The position numbers were made by a program, and so were the translations under genes. The notes under the pieces were generated by a model. The model had not been told where the DNA came from. It saw nothing but the letters and a program-made list of their open reading frames with translations, and searched no databases. From Candidatus Planktophila sp. (GTDB lineage: Bacteria > Actinomycetota > Actinomycetes > Nanopelagicales > Nanopelagicaceae), in NCBI GenBank assembly GCA_030681675.1, contig JAUXRP010000002.1, positions 5,178-69,177 on the forward strand: a DNA stretch of 64,000 nt, given 5' to 3'. This document shows positions 49,518-61,328 of the stretch, in pieces. Each line of letters opens with the position of its first letter. Within the stretch, counting starts at the first letter, position 1.

Positions 49518-51680
49518 GTGGATACTTTGATTGCACCAGTTTTAAGTGTGCTCAAAGAAAATCATGCGAGTAGCAAGCTTGAAGATGTAGAGCGCGCCTT
49601 TCTTGTTGCCCAAAAGGCACATGAGGGTCAATTACGTAAATCCGGAGAACACTACATTACACACCCTGTAGCCGTTGCTAAAATCTTGGCAGAGCTAGGA
49701 TTAAATAGCGAAACAATTATTGCAGCGCTCTTGCATGACACCATAGAAGATACTCCGTACTCACTCAAAGAGTTGCGACGAGATTTTGGTGACGAGATCG
49801 CTAATCTTGTTGACGGTGTCACTAAATTAGATCGCCTTACATATGGCCCCATGGCCGAAGCTGAGACCGTTCGTAAAATGGTAGTGGCAATGTCTAGGGA
49901 TATTCGTGTATTGGTAATCAAACTTGCAGATCGTCTGCACAATGCGCGCACCTGGAAATTTGTTTCTCAGGAAAACGCTGAGCGCAAGGCTCGCGAGACT
50001 CTAGATATATATGCACCATTAGCGCACCGGCTAGGAATGAATGCAATTAAGTGGGAGTTAGAAGATCTCTCATTTGAAGTTCTCGAACCTAAGAAATTTG
50101 AAGAGATTTCTCGGTTAGTTGCTGAGCGATCACCTTCGCGCGATTCACTAACATCGCAGGTTATCGCCATCGTCACCGATGATCTAGCTAAAGATTCGAT
50201 TCATGCAACGGTTACGGGTCGTCAAAAACATTTTTTTTCGGTGTATCAAAAAATGGTTGTTCGAGGACGCGAGTTCAATGAAATTTATGATTTAGTAGGT
50301 ATTCGAGTTCTAGTTGATGATGTACGCGACTGTTATGCCGTATTAGGTTCTATTCATGCTAGATGGAGTCCAATTCCTGGCCGATTTAAAGATTACATTG
50401 CGATGCCTAAATTTAATCTCTATCAATCTCTTCATACAACGGTAATCGGACCGACTGGTAAAGCGATAGAGATTCAGATCCGAACCTTTGATATGCATTC
50501 GCGGGCTGAGTTCGGCATTGCAGCACACTGGAAGTACAAGCAGGGACATGAGAATAACGAGAGTTCGCCAGAAATGTTATGGCTTCGCCAACTCCATGAA
50601 TGGCAAAAGGAGACCGAAGATCCTTCAGAGTTCCTCGAAGCGTTGCGTTTTGATTTAGGTTCACCTGAGGTCTTCGTATTTACGCCAAAGGGGAGTGTTG
50701 TCGCTCTGCCAGGGGGATCGACTCCGGTTGATTTTGCATTCTCGGTTCATACCGATGTGGGCATCCGATGCGCAGGGGCAAAAGTAAATGGACGGTTAGT
50801 TCCACTTGAATCCCGGTTAAGTAATGGTGATGTTGTAGAGATTTTAACTAATAAGGGCGAGCACGCAGGTCCAAGTCGAGATTGGCTTAACTTTGTACAG
50901 AGCCCTCGCGCACGTTCAAAGATAAAGGCTTGGTTTAGTAAAGAGCGTAGAGAGGAAGCGATAGATGCTGGCCGTGAATCAATCGCTCGACAAATGCGCA
51001 AAGCTGGTCTGCCTTTGCAAAAGATATTTGCTGGTCACTCGCTTCTAGAGCTCGCCCATGATCTTCACTACAGCGATATCGAAAGCCTTTACTCTGCCGT
51101 CGGTGATGGCCATGTTTCAGCAACATCGATAATTGATAAGTTAGTCGTAGCGCTCGGCGCAGAAGACTCTCACCCCGAACCAACTATGAATGTTCTGCCC
51201 ACCCGTGTGCCTGTAAGTCGCAGATCAAGTAATGCCGTAGATGTTGAAGGCGCTGATGATGTACTCGTTAAACTTGCACGCTGCTGCACACCGGTACCAG
51301 GTGATGAAATCATGGGCTTTATTACTAAAGGCAGTGGTGTTTCCATACATCGAAGTGATTGCGTCAATGCAGGGGATTTAGTAACAAATCAATTCGATAG
51401 AGTGGTCGAGGTAAAGTGGCGAGTAGGAGCAGGTTCGATCTTCCTCGTAAATATTCAGGTAGAGGCGCTGGACCGTGCATCACTTTTAGCTGATGTGACA
51501 CGCACACTATCGGATCAACATGTAAATATTTTAAGTGCATCAGTTAGTACATCAAAAGACCGTACGGCCTTTTCACGCTTTACTTTTGAAATGGCCGACG
51601 CAACGCATTTGGATGCAGTCCTAGGTGCAGTGCGAAATATCGAAGGCGTCTACGACGTCTATAGAACCACTAAAAATTAA
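49518..51680 (+). CDS. relA: Bifunctional (p)ppGpp synthetase/hydrolase Rel
   Basis: HD hydrolase LLHDTIED, KLADRLHN, YQSLHT, EIQIRT, TGS (DFAFSVHT), CCTPVPGD, ACT domain. Confidence 0.96.
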   Translation: MDTLIAPVLSVLKENHASSKLEDVERAFLVAQKAHEGQLRKSGEHYITHPVAVAKILAELGLNSETIIAALLHDTIEDTPYSLKELRRDFGDEIANLVDGVTKLDRLTYGPMAEAETVRKMVVAMSRDIRVLVIKLADRLHNARTWKFVSQENAERKARETLDIYAPLAHRLGMNAIKWELEDLSFEVLEPKKFEEISRLVAERSPSRDSLTSQVIAIVTDDLAKDSIHATVTGRQKHFFSVYQKMVVRGREFNEIYDLVGIRVLVDDVRDCYAVLGSIHARWSPIPGRFKDYIAMPKFNLYQSLHTTVIGPTGKAIEIQIRTFDMHSRAEFGIAAHWKYKQGHENNESSPEMLWLRQLHEWQKETEDPSEFLEALRFDLGSPEVFVFTPKGSVVALPGGSTPVDFAFSVHTDVGIRCAGAKVNGRLVPLESRLSNGDVVEILTNKGEHAGPSRDWLNFVQSPRARSKIKAWFSKERREEAIDAGRESIARQMRKAGLPLQKIFAGHSLLELAHDLHYSDIESLYSAVGDGHVSATSIIDKLVVALGAEDSHPEPTMNVLPTRVPVSRRSSNAVDVEGADDVLVKLARCCTPVPGDEIMGFITKGSGVSIHRSDCVNAGDLVTNQFDRVVEVKWRVGAGSIFLVNIQVEALDRASLLADVTRTLSDQHVNILSASVSTSKDRTAFSRFTFEMADATHLDAVLGAVRNIEGVYDVYRTTKN

Positions 51681-51681
51681 A

Positions 51682-52980
51682 TTAGCTAAACTCTGCCAAG
51701 CTCTTTTCTGCCTCTGCGAGCCACACTCTTCGAGCGGCGGCTGACTCTAAAGCCTCGGTAGCTTTCTTGGTATTGCCAGCAGCTTGCGATTTAGCGGCGG
51801 TTTTTTCATAGTTTTCGATTGAATCATTCAGCTGCTTTACTACCTCTTGGGCTCTAGCCTTTGCAGCGGGATCACTCTTGCGCCAATTATCGGCTTCGGC
51901 CGCTTTAACTGCAGCTTCAACTGCATGGACACGAGCATCGAGAGAGGCGCGCTTGTCGCGATGAGTCATACCAATCTTGTTCCATTCGTTCATATGCTCT
52001 CGAAGCGCCTTCTTAGCCTCATCCAACTTCGTTATTGGCAGAATTGCTTCGATGAGTACGACAAGTTCTTCGCGCTTTATTAAATTACTTGCCATCGTTA
52101 CATCGCGTTTTTCTAGATCTGCATTCTTAGCAGTGAAGAATTGGTCCTGCGCGGCTTTAAAACGCGCCCACATCTTGGCATCATCACTTGGCTTGCCTCG
52201 ACCCGTAGCTTTCCAAGCATCCATAAGTGTTTTAAAGCGTTTGGCTGTTGGCACCCAATCAGTTGATGTGGCTAAGCTTTCAGCTTCAGTAATAATCGCT
52301 TTTTTTGCATCAGAGACAACTTTCTGTACCGCTTCAAGGGCGGCAAAGTGGGTGCGACGGCGTTTATCAAATTTGTTACGCGAGGATGAGAAACGCTTCC
52401 ACAGTTCGGCATCTGTCGCTTTATCTAAACGTGGCGCGGATTTCCACTCATCTAAGAGAGTTTTTAATCTATCTCCCGTGCTCTTCCATGACTCACTCAT
52501 CGCTAATGATTCAGCCTCTGCAACTATTTTCTCTTTCTCAATCAAAATTTGTTCAAGGCGAGCTTTCTTGGCGGCAGTTTCAGCGGCCTTTTTAGCTTCA
52601 TATGCTTCACGATGACCTTCAATCAATGGCTCGATCTGCTCAACTGAGGCTGAGAGTGCTTCTAAATCGCCGACTGCATTTAACTCTTTTATCGCATCTC
52701 GTAATTTCTTTACTGCGATGTAGGCATCTGAAGGAACCAACGCTCCGCTTTTAACGCGTGCTGCCAGTAGCGCAACCTCAGCGGCGAGCATTTCAAATTT
52801 GCGGACAAAGTAGGTGAGTGCTTCTTCAGGGGTTTTTCCCGGATATGAGCCAACGGCTTTTTCGCCGCTTGAAGTTCGAACATAGACGGTTCCGTCGTCG
52901 CCTACCCGTCCAAATGCTGCAGGATCTCCAATCAACGCGCTTGCCGCTGTTGCTATAGGAAGTGGATGTATATCGGTCAT
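51682..52980 (-). CDS. DUF349 domain protein
   Basis: FGRVGDDGTVYV..SGEKAVGSY and repeated helical W..F...R..F units. Usual neighbour of rel. Confidence 0.9.
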   Translation of the reverse strand: MTDIHPLPIATAASALIGDPAAFGRVGDDGTVYVRTSSGEKAVGSYPGKTPEEALTYFVRKFEMLAAEVALLAARVKSGALVPSDAYIAVKKLRDAIKELNAVGDLEALSASVEQIEPLIEGHREAYEAKKAAETAAKKARLEQILIEKEKIVAEAESLAMSESWKSTGDRLKTLLDEWKSAPRLDKATDAELWKRFSSSRNKFDKRRRTHFAALEAVQKVVSDAKKAIITEAESLATSTDWVPTAKRFKTLMDAWKATGRGKPSDDAKMWARFKAAQDQFFTAKNADLEKRDVTMASNLIKREELVVLIEAILPITKLDEAKKALREHMNEWNKIGMTHRDKRASLDARVHAVEAAVKAAEADNWRKSDPAAKARAQEVVKQLNDSIENYEKTAAKSQAAGNTKKATEALESAAARRVWLAEAEKSLAEFS

Positions 52981-53150
52981 GGTGGTGATCCTTTCAGCGC
53001 GTTGTTCATGTGAACGTCGCTATGTATGGCGCGGGCTCTTCGAGGTGTACCTCAAAGCGCGTGAATTCTGCGTTTGTGTAGGGTAAAAGGTACCCTGTAC
53101 CAGCCAGATAGCGTCAATCGTAGTTATGGCACGAGATAAGGGGTACATGG

Positions 53151-53813
53151 ATGTTTGTAGCCTCATTTGCCGCCCCTATGTTTGCAACTAACTGCTGGGT
53201 TATCGCCAGCGCCCCTGGAGCTGAGTGCATAGTTATTGATCCAGGCATGCCCGATGTGAGCCCCCAGTTATCGTCCATTCTCGATGAGTTCAGGCTCAAG
53301 CCCGTGGCTATTTTTGCTACCCATGGCCACTTGGACCACACTTTTTCAATTACACCTATCGCCGATGGATATGAGATTCCGGCATATATCCATAGTCAGG
53401 ATCGGATTGCTCTTGCCCATCCCGAACGCTGCCTGTCGCCAGAATATGCCGCGACATTGGCAGGCATGGAGTTTGTTGAGCCAAGGGATGTAAGAGAATT
53501 GCGAAATGGAGAAGTTCTTGAGATTGTCGGGCTCAGGATTACGGCCATACATGCACCTGGCCATACGGCGGGCTCACTGATGTTTGAAGTATCCAATGAA
53601 CTGCTCATTAGCGGCGATGTTCTCTTTGCAGGCTCGATTGGCCGGACCGATCAACCAACCGGCTCGGCTAAGGATATGGAGGAGAGTTTGCGAAAAAGAG
53701 TTCTACCTCTTGGCGACCATTTACGGGTATTGCCGGGACATGGCAATGAAACAACGATTGGTCGCGAACGAAAGCACAACCCATATTTGAACTCACTGAA
53801 AGAGCGTTACTAA
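53151..53813 (+). CDS. Metallo-beta-lactamase fold hydrolase (glyoxalase II-like)
   Basis: THGHLDH, PGHTAGS, GDVLF, PGHG. Confidence 0.92.
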   Translation: MFVASFAAPMFATNCWVIASAPGAECIVIDPGMPDVSPQLSSILDEFRLKPVAIFATHGHLDHTFSITPIADGYEIPAYIHSQDRIALAHPERCLSPEYAATLAGMEFVEPRDVRELRNGEVLEIVGLRITAIHAPGHTAGSLMFEVSNELLISGDVLFAGSIGRTDQPTGSAKDMEESLRKRVLPLGDHLRVLPGHGNETTIGRERKHNPYLNSLKERY

Positions 53814-55063
53814 TGGCTCGAGCGAGAATTCAAGCCCCCAAAGGGGTGAGTGAGTATGTTCCTCCACGTTCAAAGTTATTTGAATTCGTTCGTGAATCTT
53901 TGATTGCACCGGCTCGTCTGGCTGGTTACCAACTTATGGAGCTTCCTGTTTTTGAAGATACTGAACTCTTTAGCAGAGGTGTTGGTGCTTCAACTGATGT
54001 GGTAACAAAAGAGATGTACACCTTTACCGATAGGGGAGATCGTTCGATTACTTTGCGCCCTGAAGGAACTGCGGGAGCGATGCGAGCGGTTATCGAGCAT
54101 GGTTTAGACAGAGGTCGTTTGCCAGTAAAGATTTGGTACTCAGGGGCATATTTTCGTGCCGAACGCCCGCAGGCCGGGCGTTACCGCCAATTCTATCAAG
54201 TTGGTATTGAAGCGATCGGCTTAGATGATCCTGCAATAGATGCAGAAGTCATCGCAATCGCTGATGCTGGTTTTAAATCAATTGGTTTGAAGCAGTATCG
54301 CTTAGAGATTACTAGCCTTGGTGATGCGCAATCTCGCGCGGCACATCGCGTTGAACTTCTGAAATATATAGCAACTCTTGACTTAGATGAAGCTACTACT
54401 TCTAGAGCTTTAATAAATCCGTTGCGGTTATTTGATGATAAACGAGAGGTGATCAAAAACGCCATGGCGCAGGCACCGCTTCTGATGGATTTTCTAAGCG
54501 TTGCATCTCGTCAACATTTTGAAAAAGTAAAGAATTTTCTAGATGTATTAGGTATTTCATACCACTTAAATCCACGAATGGTGCGGGGTTTGGATTATTA
54601 CACGGGTACCACCTTTGAGTTTGTACATGATCTTTTAGGTGCTCAATCTGGTATTGGTGGGGGAGGCCGCTATGACGGTTTGATGGCCGAACTCGGAGGC
54701 CAAGAGCTCTCTGGAATTGGTTTCGGTCTTGGGGTTGATCGTGCATTGTTGGCGGCTGAGGCCGAAGGAGTAATTCCAATTGAAGGCTTTGTTTCGGATT
54801 TGTTCATTATTCCGCTCGGCGATGGTGCAATGCAGATGGTTTTAGAGTTAGCTACGCAGCTACGAGGCGCAGGAAAAATAGTTGAAATAGCCTTTGGTGA
54901 CCGCTCCTTGAAAACTGCAATGAAGTCTGCCGATAAGAGTGGTGCGCGCAATGTCGTGGTAGTTGGCGATCAAGAGATTGCTTCTCAAAGCGTTGAACTC
55001 AAAAATATGAACACCGGTGTATCGGTTTCAGTTACAATTGAATCCTTAATCAACGCACTGTAG
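53813..55063 (+). CDS. hisS: Histidyl-tRNA synthetase
   Basis: [31 protein letters not shown]. Confidence 0.97.
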   Translation: MARARIQAPKGVSEYVPPRSKLFEFVRESLIAPARLAGYQLMELPVFEDTELFSRGVGASTDVVTKEMYTFTDRGDRSITLRPEGTAGAMRAVIEHGLDRGRLPVKIWYSGAYFRAERPQAGRYRQFYQVGIEAIGLDDPAIDAEVIAIADAGFKSIGLKQYRLEITSLGDAQSRAAHRVELLKYIATLDLDEATTSRALINPLRLFDDKREVIKNAMAQAPLLMDFLSVASRQHFEKVKNFLDVLGISYHLNPRMVRGLDYYTGTTFEFVHDLLGAQSGIGGGGRYDGLMAELGGQELSGIGFGLGVDRALLAAEAEGVIPIEGFVSDLFIIPLGDGAMQMVLELATQLRGAGKIVEIAFGDRSLKTAMKSADKSGARNVVVVGDQEIASQSVELKNMNTGVSVSVTIESLINAL

Positions 55064-55083
55064 AAAGCGAAACCACACTCATT

Positions 55084-56835
55084 ATGCTAAGAAGCCACGA
55101 TGCGGGCACGCTACGCAAAACTGATGCCGGTACGGTAGTTACATTGGCAGGCTGGGTTTCCCGCCGTCGCGATCATGGCGGTGTGGCATTTATCGATCTT
55201 CGAGATGCATCTGGTTCAGTGCAGGTCGTCATTCGTGATGAAAAAATTGCAGGTGCGCTTCGGGCAGAATGGTGCTTGCTCATTACTGGCGAAGTTCTTG
55301 CCAGGCCAGCTGGAAATGAGAATTCCAATATTCCAACGGGCGAGATTGAAGTTATGGGTGACACCGTTGTAGTCCTGAGTGAATCTGCCCCGCTTCCATT
55401 TCCTATAGATAGCGGTAATGACGCAGATATTGGCGAAGAAGTACGCCTTAAATATCGATACTTGGATTTGCGTCGAGAAAAACCTGCAGCAAATCTTCGG
55501 CTTCGTTCAAAGGTTACATCAACCATTCGACGTGTTATGGAGGAAGAGTCTTTTCTTGAAATTGAAACACCCTATCTGACACGTTCAACGCCAGAAGGCG
55601 CTCGTGATTTCCTTGTCCCTGTTCGGCTTCAACCTGGAAGCTGGTACGCCCTTCCACAATCACCTCAGCTCTTTAAACAGTTGTTGATGGTTGCAGGAAT
55701 GGAAAAGTACTATCAGATAGCCCGTTGTTTTCGTGATGAAGATTTTCGTGCAGATCGACAACCTGAATTCACTCAGTTAGATATTGAAATGTCGTTCATT
55801 GACCAAGAGGATATTTTAGCTGTCGCCGAAAAAATTGTTGCCAAAATTTGGCTAGAGGCTGTTGGTTACACAATTGCGTTGCCATTGAAACGTATGACGT
55901 ATGCCGAAGCTATGTCGCGGTATGGATCGGATAAACCAGATTTACGTTTTGGCAATGAACTCTCAGAGCAGACTGAATTTTTTGCAGAAACAAGTTTTAG
56001 AGTTTTCCAAGCACCCTATGTTGGCGCAGTTGTTATGCCAGGGGGGGCAACTTCGCCGCGACGCGAGCTTGATGCTTGGCAAGATTGGGCGAAAGCTCGA
56101 GGCGCAAAGGGTTTGGCCTATATTTTAATTGATGCCGATGGAGCATTAGGTGGACCCGTTGCTAAAAATTTAAGTGAAAGTGAGTCCGCTGGAATTGCTG
56201 CAGCAACTGGAGCAAAACCTGGCGATGCAATCTTTTTTGCCGCAGGTGAGCGCAGCGAAGCGTTGAATCTCTTAGGTGCCGTGCGTCTTGAAATAGGAAA
56301 GCGCTGTGGATTAATTGCTCACAATTCATGGGAGTTTTTATGGGTTGTCGATGCACCAATGTTTGAACCAACACAAGACGGGGGATGGACCGCTGTCCAC
56401 CACCCCTTCACTGGTCCAAAACCTGAATTTGCATCGAGCTTCGCGAACGATCCTGAACATGCATTGGCGTATGCCTATGACATAGTTTTAAATGGAACTG
56501 AGCTAGGTGGAGGTTCGATACGTATTCATGACCAGAAAATGCAGAGCGATGTCTTTCGTGTAATCGGTTTGAGTGATGAGGAAGCGGCTTCGAAGTTTGG
56601 TTTCTTACTTGAGGCATTCAATTACGGTCCGCCGCCCCATGGAGGAATAGCATTGGGTCTTGATCGAGTCTGCGCCTTGTTGACGGGTTCTGATTCAATT
56701 CGCGAAGTTATCGCATTTCCTAAGACGGCCAGCGGGGGAGATCCATTAACTGGAGCTCCTACACCTATTACTGCCGCTCAAAGAAAAGAAAGTGGTATTG
56801 ATGGCGCAGTAAAGAACGCTCCTCAGGTAGGCTAA
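55084..56835 (+). CDS. aspS: Aspartyl-tRNA synthetase, non-discriminating type
   Basis: [42 protein letters not shown]. Confidence 0.96.
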   Translation: MLRSHDAGTLRKTDAGTVVTLAGWVSRRRDHGGVAFIDLRDASGSVQVVIRDEKIAGALRAEWCLLITGEVLARPAGNENSNIPTGEIEVMGDTVVVLSESAPLPFPIDSGNDADIGEEVRLKYRYLDLRREKPAANLRLRSKVTSTIRRVMEEESFLEIETPYLTRSTPEGARDFLVPVRLQPGSWYALPQSPQLFKQLLMVAGMEKYYQIARCFRDEDFRADRQPEFTQLDIEMSFIDQEDILAVAEKIVAKIWLEAVGYTIALPLKRMTYAEAMSRYGSDKPDLRFGNELSEQTEFFAETSFRVFQAPYVGAVVMPGGATSPRRELDAWQDWAKARGAKGLAYILIDADGALGGPVAKNLSESESAGIAAATGAKPGDAIFFAAGERSEALNLLGAVRLEIGKRCGLIAHNSWEFLWVVDAPMFEPTQDGGWTAVHHPFTGPKPEFASSFANDPEHALAYAYDIVLNGTELGGGSIRIHDQKMQSDVFRVIGLSDEEAASKFGFLLEAFNYGPPPHGGIALGLDRVCALLTGSDSIREVIAFPKTASGGDPLTGAPTPITAAQRKESGIDGAVKNAPQVG

Positions 56836-56839
56836 TTAC

Positions 56840-57199
56840 ATGGGACCAGGTGGAATTGCAACTATCATCGCAGCGAGCGGACTCTTTATAATCGCTATCG
56901 CAATAAGTTATGTCGTAATCAGGGTTGGTCGATTTATCGATGAGGCTAAGCTCTCTCTTAAATCATTGACCGAAGAGACTGCACCTCTGATTGAAGAGGT
57001 TCACACGACTATTTCTCTTGTAAATGCACCACTCAAGAGTTTTAATAGAATTACTAGGAACGCTGAAGATATCTCAGATAAAGTTGCTAACGCAACAAAC
57101 TCTTTTATGAATAAGAATGGTTCTGCAGTTAAAGTTGCTGGAGCGATTTTAGCTGCGGCGGCTAAGAAAAAGTCACGCTCTAAGAAGAAGGCTGAGTGA
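56840..57199 (+). CDS. DUF948 family membrane-anchored protein
   Basis: N-terminal TM followed by a helical region. Usual position before alaS. Confidence 0.75.
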   Translation: MGPGGIATIIAASGLFIIAIAISYVVIRVGRFIDEAKLSLKSLTEETAPLIEEVHTTISLVNAPLKSFNRITRNAEDISDKVANATNSFMNKNGSAVKVAGAILAAAAKKKSRSKKKAE

Positions 57200-57208
57200 T
57201 CACTCTAC

Positions 57209-59881
57209 GTGGAATCCGCCGAGATCCGTGCGCGCTGGCTGCGTTTTTTTGAGAGTGATAATCGCCAGGGTCTAACCCATACCGTTGTACCATCGGCCTC
57301 ACTTATCGCCGATGATCCGAATCTACTTTTAGTCAACGCCGGAATGGTGCCTTTTAAACCATATTTCTTAGGTGAAGTTAAACCGCCCTTTAAGCGCGCA
57401 ACCTCGGTACAAAAATGTGTTCGAACGTTGGATATCGATGAAGTTGGCAAGACCACACGTCATGCATCATTTTTTCAAATGTGTGGAAATTTCTCTTTCG
57501 GTGACTACTTTAAAGAAGGTGCTATCTCACTAGCATGGGAGCTATTGACTCGAGCGATCGATGATGGTGGTTATGGTTTTTCGCCAGATAAGTTATGGGT
57601 CACGGTTTTTCTAGACGATGATGAAGCTGCCGATATTTGGCATAAAAAGATAGGCGTGTCCCTAGAGCGAATTCAGCGAATGGGAATGAGTGATAATTTT
57701 TGGTCGATGGGTGTGCCTGGTCCATGTGGACCTTGCTCTGAGATTTATTATGATCGTGGACCGGCTTACGGAAAAGATGGTGGTCCCATTGCCGATGAAA
57801 ATCGTTACATGGAAATCTGGAACCTGGTGTTCATGCAGAATGAACGCGGGGTTGGCAACGGCAAGGATGATTTTCCAATTCTCGGTGAACTACCGGCAAA
57901 AAGTATAGACACAGGCCTTGGCCTTGAACGATTAACTTCGATTTTGCAAGGTGTGGATAATATCTATGAGATTGATACGACGATGCAGATTCTCAATAAA
58001 GCATCCGAGCTAACTGGTGTTAAGTATGGGGCATCTAAGAAATCGGATATCTCGTTGAGAGTTATTGCCGATCATGCACGCACATCAGCGATGCTCATTG
58101 GTGATGGCATAACACCCGGAAATGAAGGTCGAGGATATGTACTGCGTCGTATGATGCGCCGAACGATTCGCAATATGCGTTTGCTCGGATCTATGGATCC
58201 CATCATGTCCGAACTATCCGTTGCAGCAATTGGTGCTATGGGGCCCCAATATCCTGAATTAGTCACCGATAAAGCGAGGATCCTCTCTGTGAGCGTTTCT
58301 GAAGAAGAGAGTTTTTTGCAAACGTTAAAGAGTGGAACAACTATCTTTGATGGTGCAAGTGCTGCCTTAAAGAAGAGTTCACAATCTGTGCTGCCAGGTG
58401 CCGAAGCTTTTAAACTCCATGACACCTATGGTTTTCCATTTGATTTAACGTTGGAAATGGCGCGCGAAGAGGGCCTTGAAGTGGACGAGGTCGGTTTTAG
58501 GCGATTAATGCAGGAACAAAAAGATAGGGCTAAAGCCGATTCTCGCGCTAAAAAGAGTGGGCATACCGATGTTAGCGAATATCGCGCAATCGCTGATAAA
58601 AGCGGTAAGAGTGAGTTTTGCGGTTATACATCGATCTCGAGTGAATCTTTAATTACTGGACTACTTGTCGATGGGATTTCGGTAAGTAATGTTGATGCAG
58701 GCTTTGACGTTGAAGTCGTCCTAAATCGCACTCCTTTCTATGCAGAAGGTGGTGGTCAGTTAGCAGATGGTGGGAAAATAACATTAGCTAACGGCGCTAT
58801 TATTGAAATCTGGGACGTGCAGACGCCAGTTCCTGGAGTTATTGTTCACCGTGGTCGAGTAGTTAGCGGAAACGTCGAAGTTAGCAGTCAAGCCCTTGCT
58901 CAGATAGATGTAGAGCGCAGAGCTGCGATTTCTAGAGCGCACACTGCAACGCACATGGTGCATAAAGCATTCCGTGAGATTTTAGGAGAGACGGCAACTC
59001 AGGCGGGATCGGAAAACTCACCGGGACGTTTTCGCTTCGATTTTCCTTCAACTGGGGCAGTACCTGACAGCGTAATTAATGAGGTTGAATCTCGAGTAAA
59101 TACATTGCTGCTAGATAATTTGCAGGTTACCGCCGAAACTATGTCTCAAGCACAGGCCAAAGAAATCGGCGCAATGGCCCTATTTGGTGAAAAGTATGGC
59201 GATGTCGTTCGTGTAGTCAGCGTTGGAGATTGGGCACGTGAGTTATGCGGTGGAACTCACGTCCTTGCCTCAGGAGAGCTTGGTGTTATTAAGTTATTGA
59301 GCGAATCCTCCATCGGTGCAGGTGTACGTCGGGTTGAGGCTTTAGTAGGCGTTGACGCATACAAGTTTTTAGCACGCGAACATTTTTTGCTTAATTCATT
59401 GACCACTTTAATCAAAGGTGCGCGTGTTGAGGATTTGCCAGATCGAATTTCGGATTTACTTACAAAAATAAAGGATTTTGAGAAGGAGATCGCAGGCCTT
59501 CGATCAGCAGGTGCTTTTGCTCAAGTAAACGAAATCGCTAAAACTGCTAGAGAAATCAATGGAGTTTCAACTATCGCAGCCCTTCTTAGAGATGGAATTC
59601 CTGGGGATGATTTGCGAAAAATCGCATTGAAGCTTCGGGCACAATCAGATGTCAGTGTCGTAGCACTCATTAGTGTTAACGATTCCAAACCTGTATTAGT
59701 AGTGGCGGCAAGTGATGGAGCTCGGAACCTCGGAGTTAAAGCGGGTGATTTAGTGAAGATAGGTTCTTCCATTCTTGGCGGTGGGGGAGGCGGCAAAGAT
59801 GATTGTGCCCAAGGTGGCGGTACTGATGCATCGAAGACCGTTCAGGCCCTGGAAGCGATTACCACGGCACTTAAAGGGTAA
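57209..59881 (+). CDS. alaS: Alanyl-tRNA synthetase
   Basis: [22 protein letters not shown], editing HTATH and ELCGGTH, GGGG C-terminus. Confidence 0.97.
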   Translation: MESAEIRARWLRFFESDNRQGLTHTVVPSASLIADDPNLLLVNAGMVPFKPYFLGEVKPPFKRATSVQKCVRTLDIDEVGKTTRHASFFQMCGNFSFGDYFKEGAISLAWELLTRAIDDGGYGFSPDKLWVTVFLDDDEAADIWHKKIGVSLERIQRMGMSDNFWSMGVPGPCGPCSEIYYDRGPAYGKDGGPIADENRYMEIWNLVFMQNERGVGNGKDDFPILGELPAKSIDTGLGLERLTSILQGVDNIYEIDTTMQILNKASELTGVKYGASKKSDISLRVIADHARTSAMLIGDGITPGNEGRGYVLRRMMRRTIRNMRLLGSMDPIMSELSVAAIGAMGPQYPELVTDKARILSVSVSEEESFLQTLKSGTTIFDGASAALKKSSQSVLPGAEAFKLHDTYGFPFDLTLEMAREEGLEVDEVGFRRLMQEQKDRAKADSRAKKSGHTDVSEYRAIADKSGKSEFCGYTSISSESLITGLLVDGISVSNVDAGFDVEVVLNRTPFYAEGGGQLADGGKITLANGAIIEIWDVQTPVPGVIVHRGRVVSGNVEVSSQALAQIDVERRAAISRAHTATHMVHKAFREILGETATQAGSENSPGRFRFDFPSTGAVPDSVINEVESRVNTLLLDNLQVTAETMSQAQAKEIGAMALFGEKYGDVVRVVSVGDWARELCGGTHVLASGELGVIKLLSESSIGAGVRRVEALVGVDAYKFLAREHFLLNSLTTLIKGARVEDLPDRISDLLTKIKDFEKEIAGLRSAGAFAQVNEIAKTAREINGVSTIAALLRDGIPGDDLRKIALKLRAQSDVSVVALISVNDSKPVLVVAASDGARNLGVKAGDLVKIGSSILGGGGGGKDDCAQGGGTDASKTVQALEAITTALKG

Positions 59882-59889
59882 TAGCGCCC

Positions 59890-60315
59890 ATGCAAAGAGG
59901 TCGTCGTATTGCCTTCGATTATGGCGCTGTTCGAATTGGCGTGGCGGTATGCGATGTCGATGGGATTTTGGCCTCACCTCTAATGGTTCTACGAAGCACT
60001 GATAAGACATTGAAGAGTAAACTCTTAGAAATCTTCCAAGAGTTTGAACCTATCAAGATCTATATAGGTAAACCCTCAAATATGGATGGAAGTTCTGGTT
60101 CTGCAGTTGATAAAGCTTTGGAGTTCTGCGATTTTCTTCTAACGTTGACGAATTCCCCTATCGAACTCATTGATGAACGATTATCGACGGTGAGCGGCGC
60201 CAAAAGTTTGCGCGATTCTGGGGTACGTTTTAAGGAATCGAAATCTCGGATTGATGAAGCCGCAGCGGTTGCAATTTTAGAGTTTGCACTCTCGATTGAA
60301 AAGAATCGAACGTGA
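59890..60315 (+). CDS. ruvX: RuvX/YqgF pre-16S rRNA nuclease
   Basis: AFDYGAVRIGVA, IDERLST, IDEAAA. Confidence 0.93.
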   Translation: MQRGRRIAFDYGAVRIGVAVCDVDGILASPLMVLRSTDKTLKSKLLEIFQEFEPIKIYIGKPSNMDGSSGSAVDKALEFCDFLLTLTNSPIELIDERLSTVSGAKSLRDSGVRFKESKSRIDEAAAVAILEFALSIEKNRT

Positions 60316-61328
60316 GATTGAGACCGGTTGTTTTGGCGGCGGTCTTTATTTTGGGATTGACCTACTCACTTCATCTGGTTCGAAGCAATACTTCAACAGC
60401 ACCCGATTATCCCACTCGAGCCATTGGTGTTAGTGAACCTGAAGTAGTTGTGGACATTTCATCTGGTGCAACGGGATACGAAGTGGCAGAACTTCTATTT
60501 AAAAACAAAGTTACTAAATCCGTTTCAGCATATTTTAGAGTCGCTGTTTCGAATAAAAACTCAGAAAAAGTTTCACCCGGTTCTCATCGACTTACTTTGT
60601 CCATCTCTGCGGCGCAAGCTCTTGAACAGCTTCTAGATCCAGCACGCATTCCAAATCTGATCAAAGTATTTGAAGGCGCTTGGAGTGAGGAAATTGTTAA
60701 TTCACTTCTTGTTTACGGATTTAAGCAAGCTGAAATATCGAAGGCTTTCGATTCGCTATTTCTCCCTTCAGGGTTTAGTAATCCAGAAGGTTTACTTTTT
60801 CCAGCTCAATATAGTTTTCCGCGGCAAACCAGCGCGATACAGGTGCTCCAAGCGATGATTAATCGTTTTCGAAGCGAAAAATTTGGTCAGGAGATTCTTA
60901 ATGCTTCAGGCACTTATACACCATTACAATTATTGACAATTGCCTCCATTGTGCAAGCCGAAGGCGACACCGCAGATTTCAGCAAAGTTGCTCGAGTAAT
61001 TTTTAATAGGCTCGAAATTTCTATGCCTCTTCAGATGGATTCAACTGTTCACTATGTTAAGAAAGTGCGCGGTGAAATTTTTTTAAGTACTTCATCAACG
61101 CTCATAGATTCCCCATACAACACTTACAAGAGATATGGCCTACCGCCGACTCCAATTGGAAATCCAGGGGCGCGTGCAATGGAAGCTGCATTGAATCCCG
61201 CCGTTGGAGATTGGCTTTACTTTATTACTGTTGCACCCGGTGACACTCGATTTACTGCCTCTCACGAAGAGTTTCTCGCGTGGAAATCTTTGTATCAAGA
61301 AAATAGGAAGGCAGGTGCATTCGATTGA
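60312..61328 (+). CDS. mltG: Endolytic transglycosylase MltG
   Basis: N-terminal TM, EGLLFPAQY, ASIVQAE, LQMDST, SPYNTY..YGLPPTPI.NPG. Confidence 0.93.
   Translation: MRLRPVVLAAVFILGLTYSLHLVRSNTSTAPDYPTRAIGVSEPEVVVDISSGATGYEVAELLFKNKVTKSVSAYFRVAVSNKNSEKVSPGSHRLTLSISAAQALEQLLDPARIPNLIKVFEGAWSEEIVNSLLVYGFKQAEISKAFDSLFLPSGFSNPEGLLFPAQYSFPRQTSAIQVLQAMINRFRSEKFGQEILNASGTYTPLQLLTIASIVQAEGDTADFSKVARVIFNRLEISMPLQMDSTVHYVKKVRGEIFLSTSSTLIDSPYNTYKRYGLPPTPIGNPGARAMEAALNPAVGDWLYFITVAPGDTRFTASHEEFLAWKSLYQENRKAGAFD

Noticed and set aside
51977-52615. 212-aa plus-strand ORF
   Set aside because: Antisense to DUF349, a typical shadow frame.
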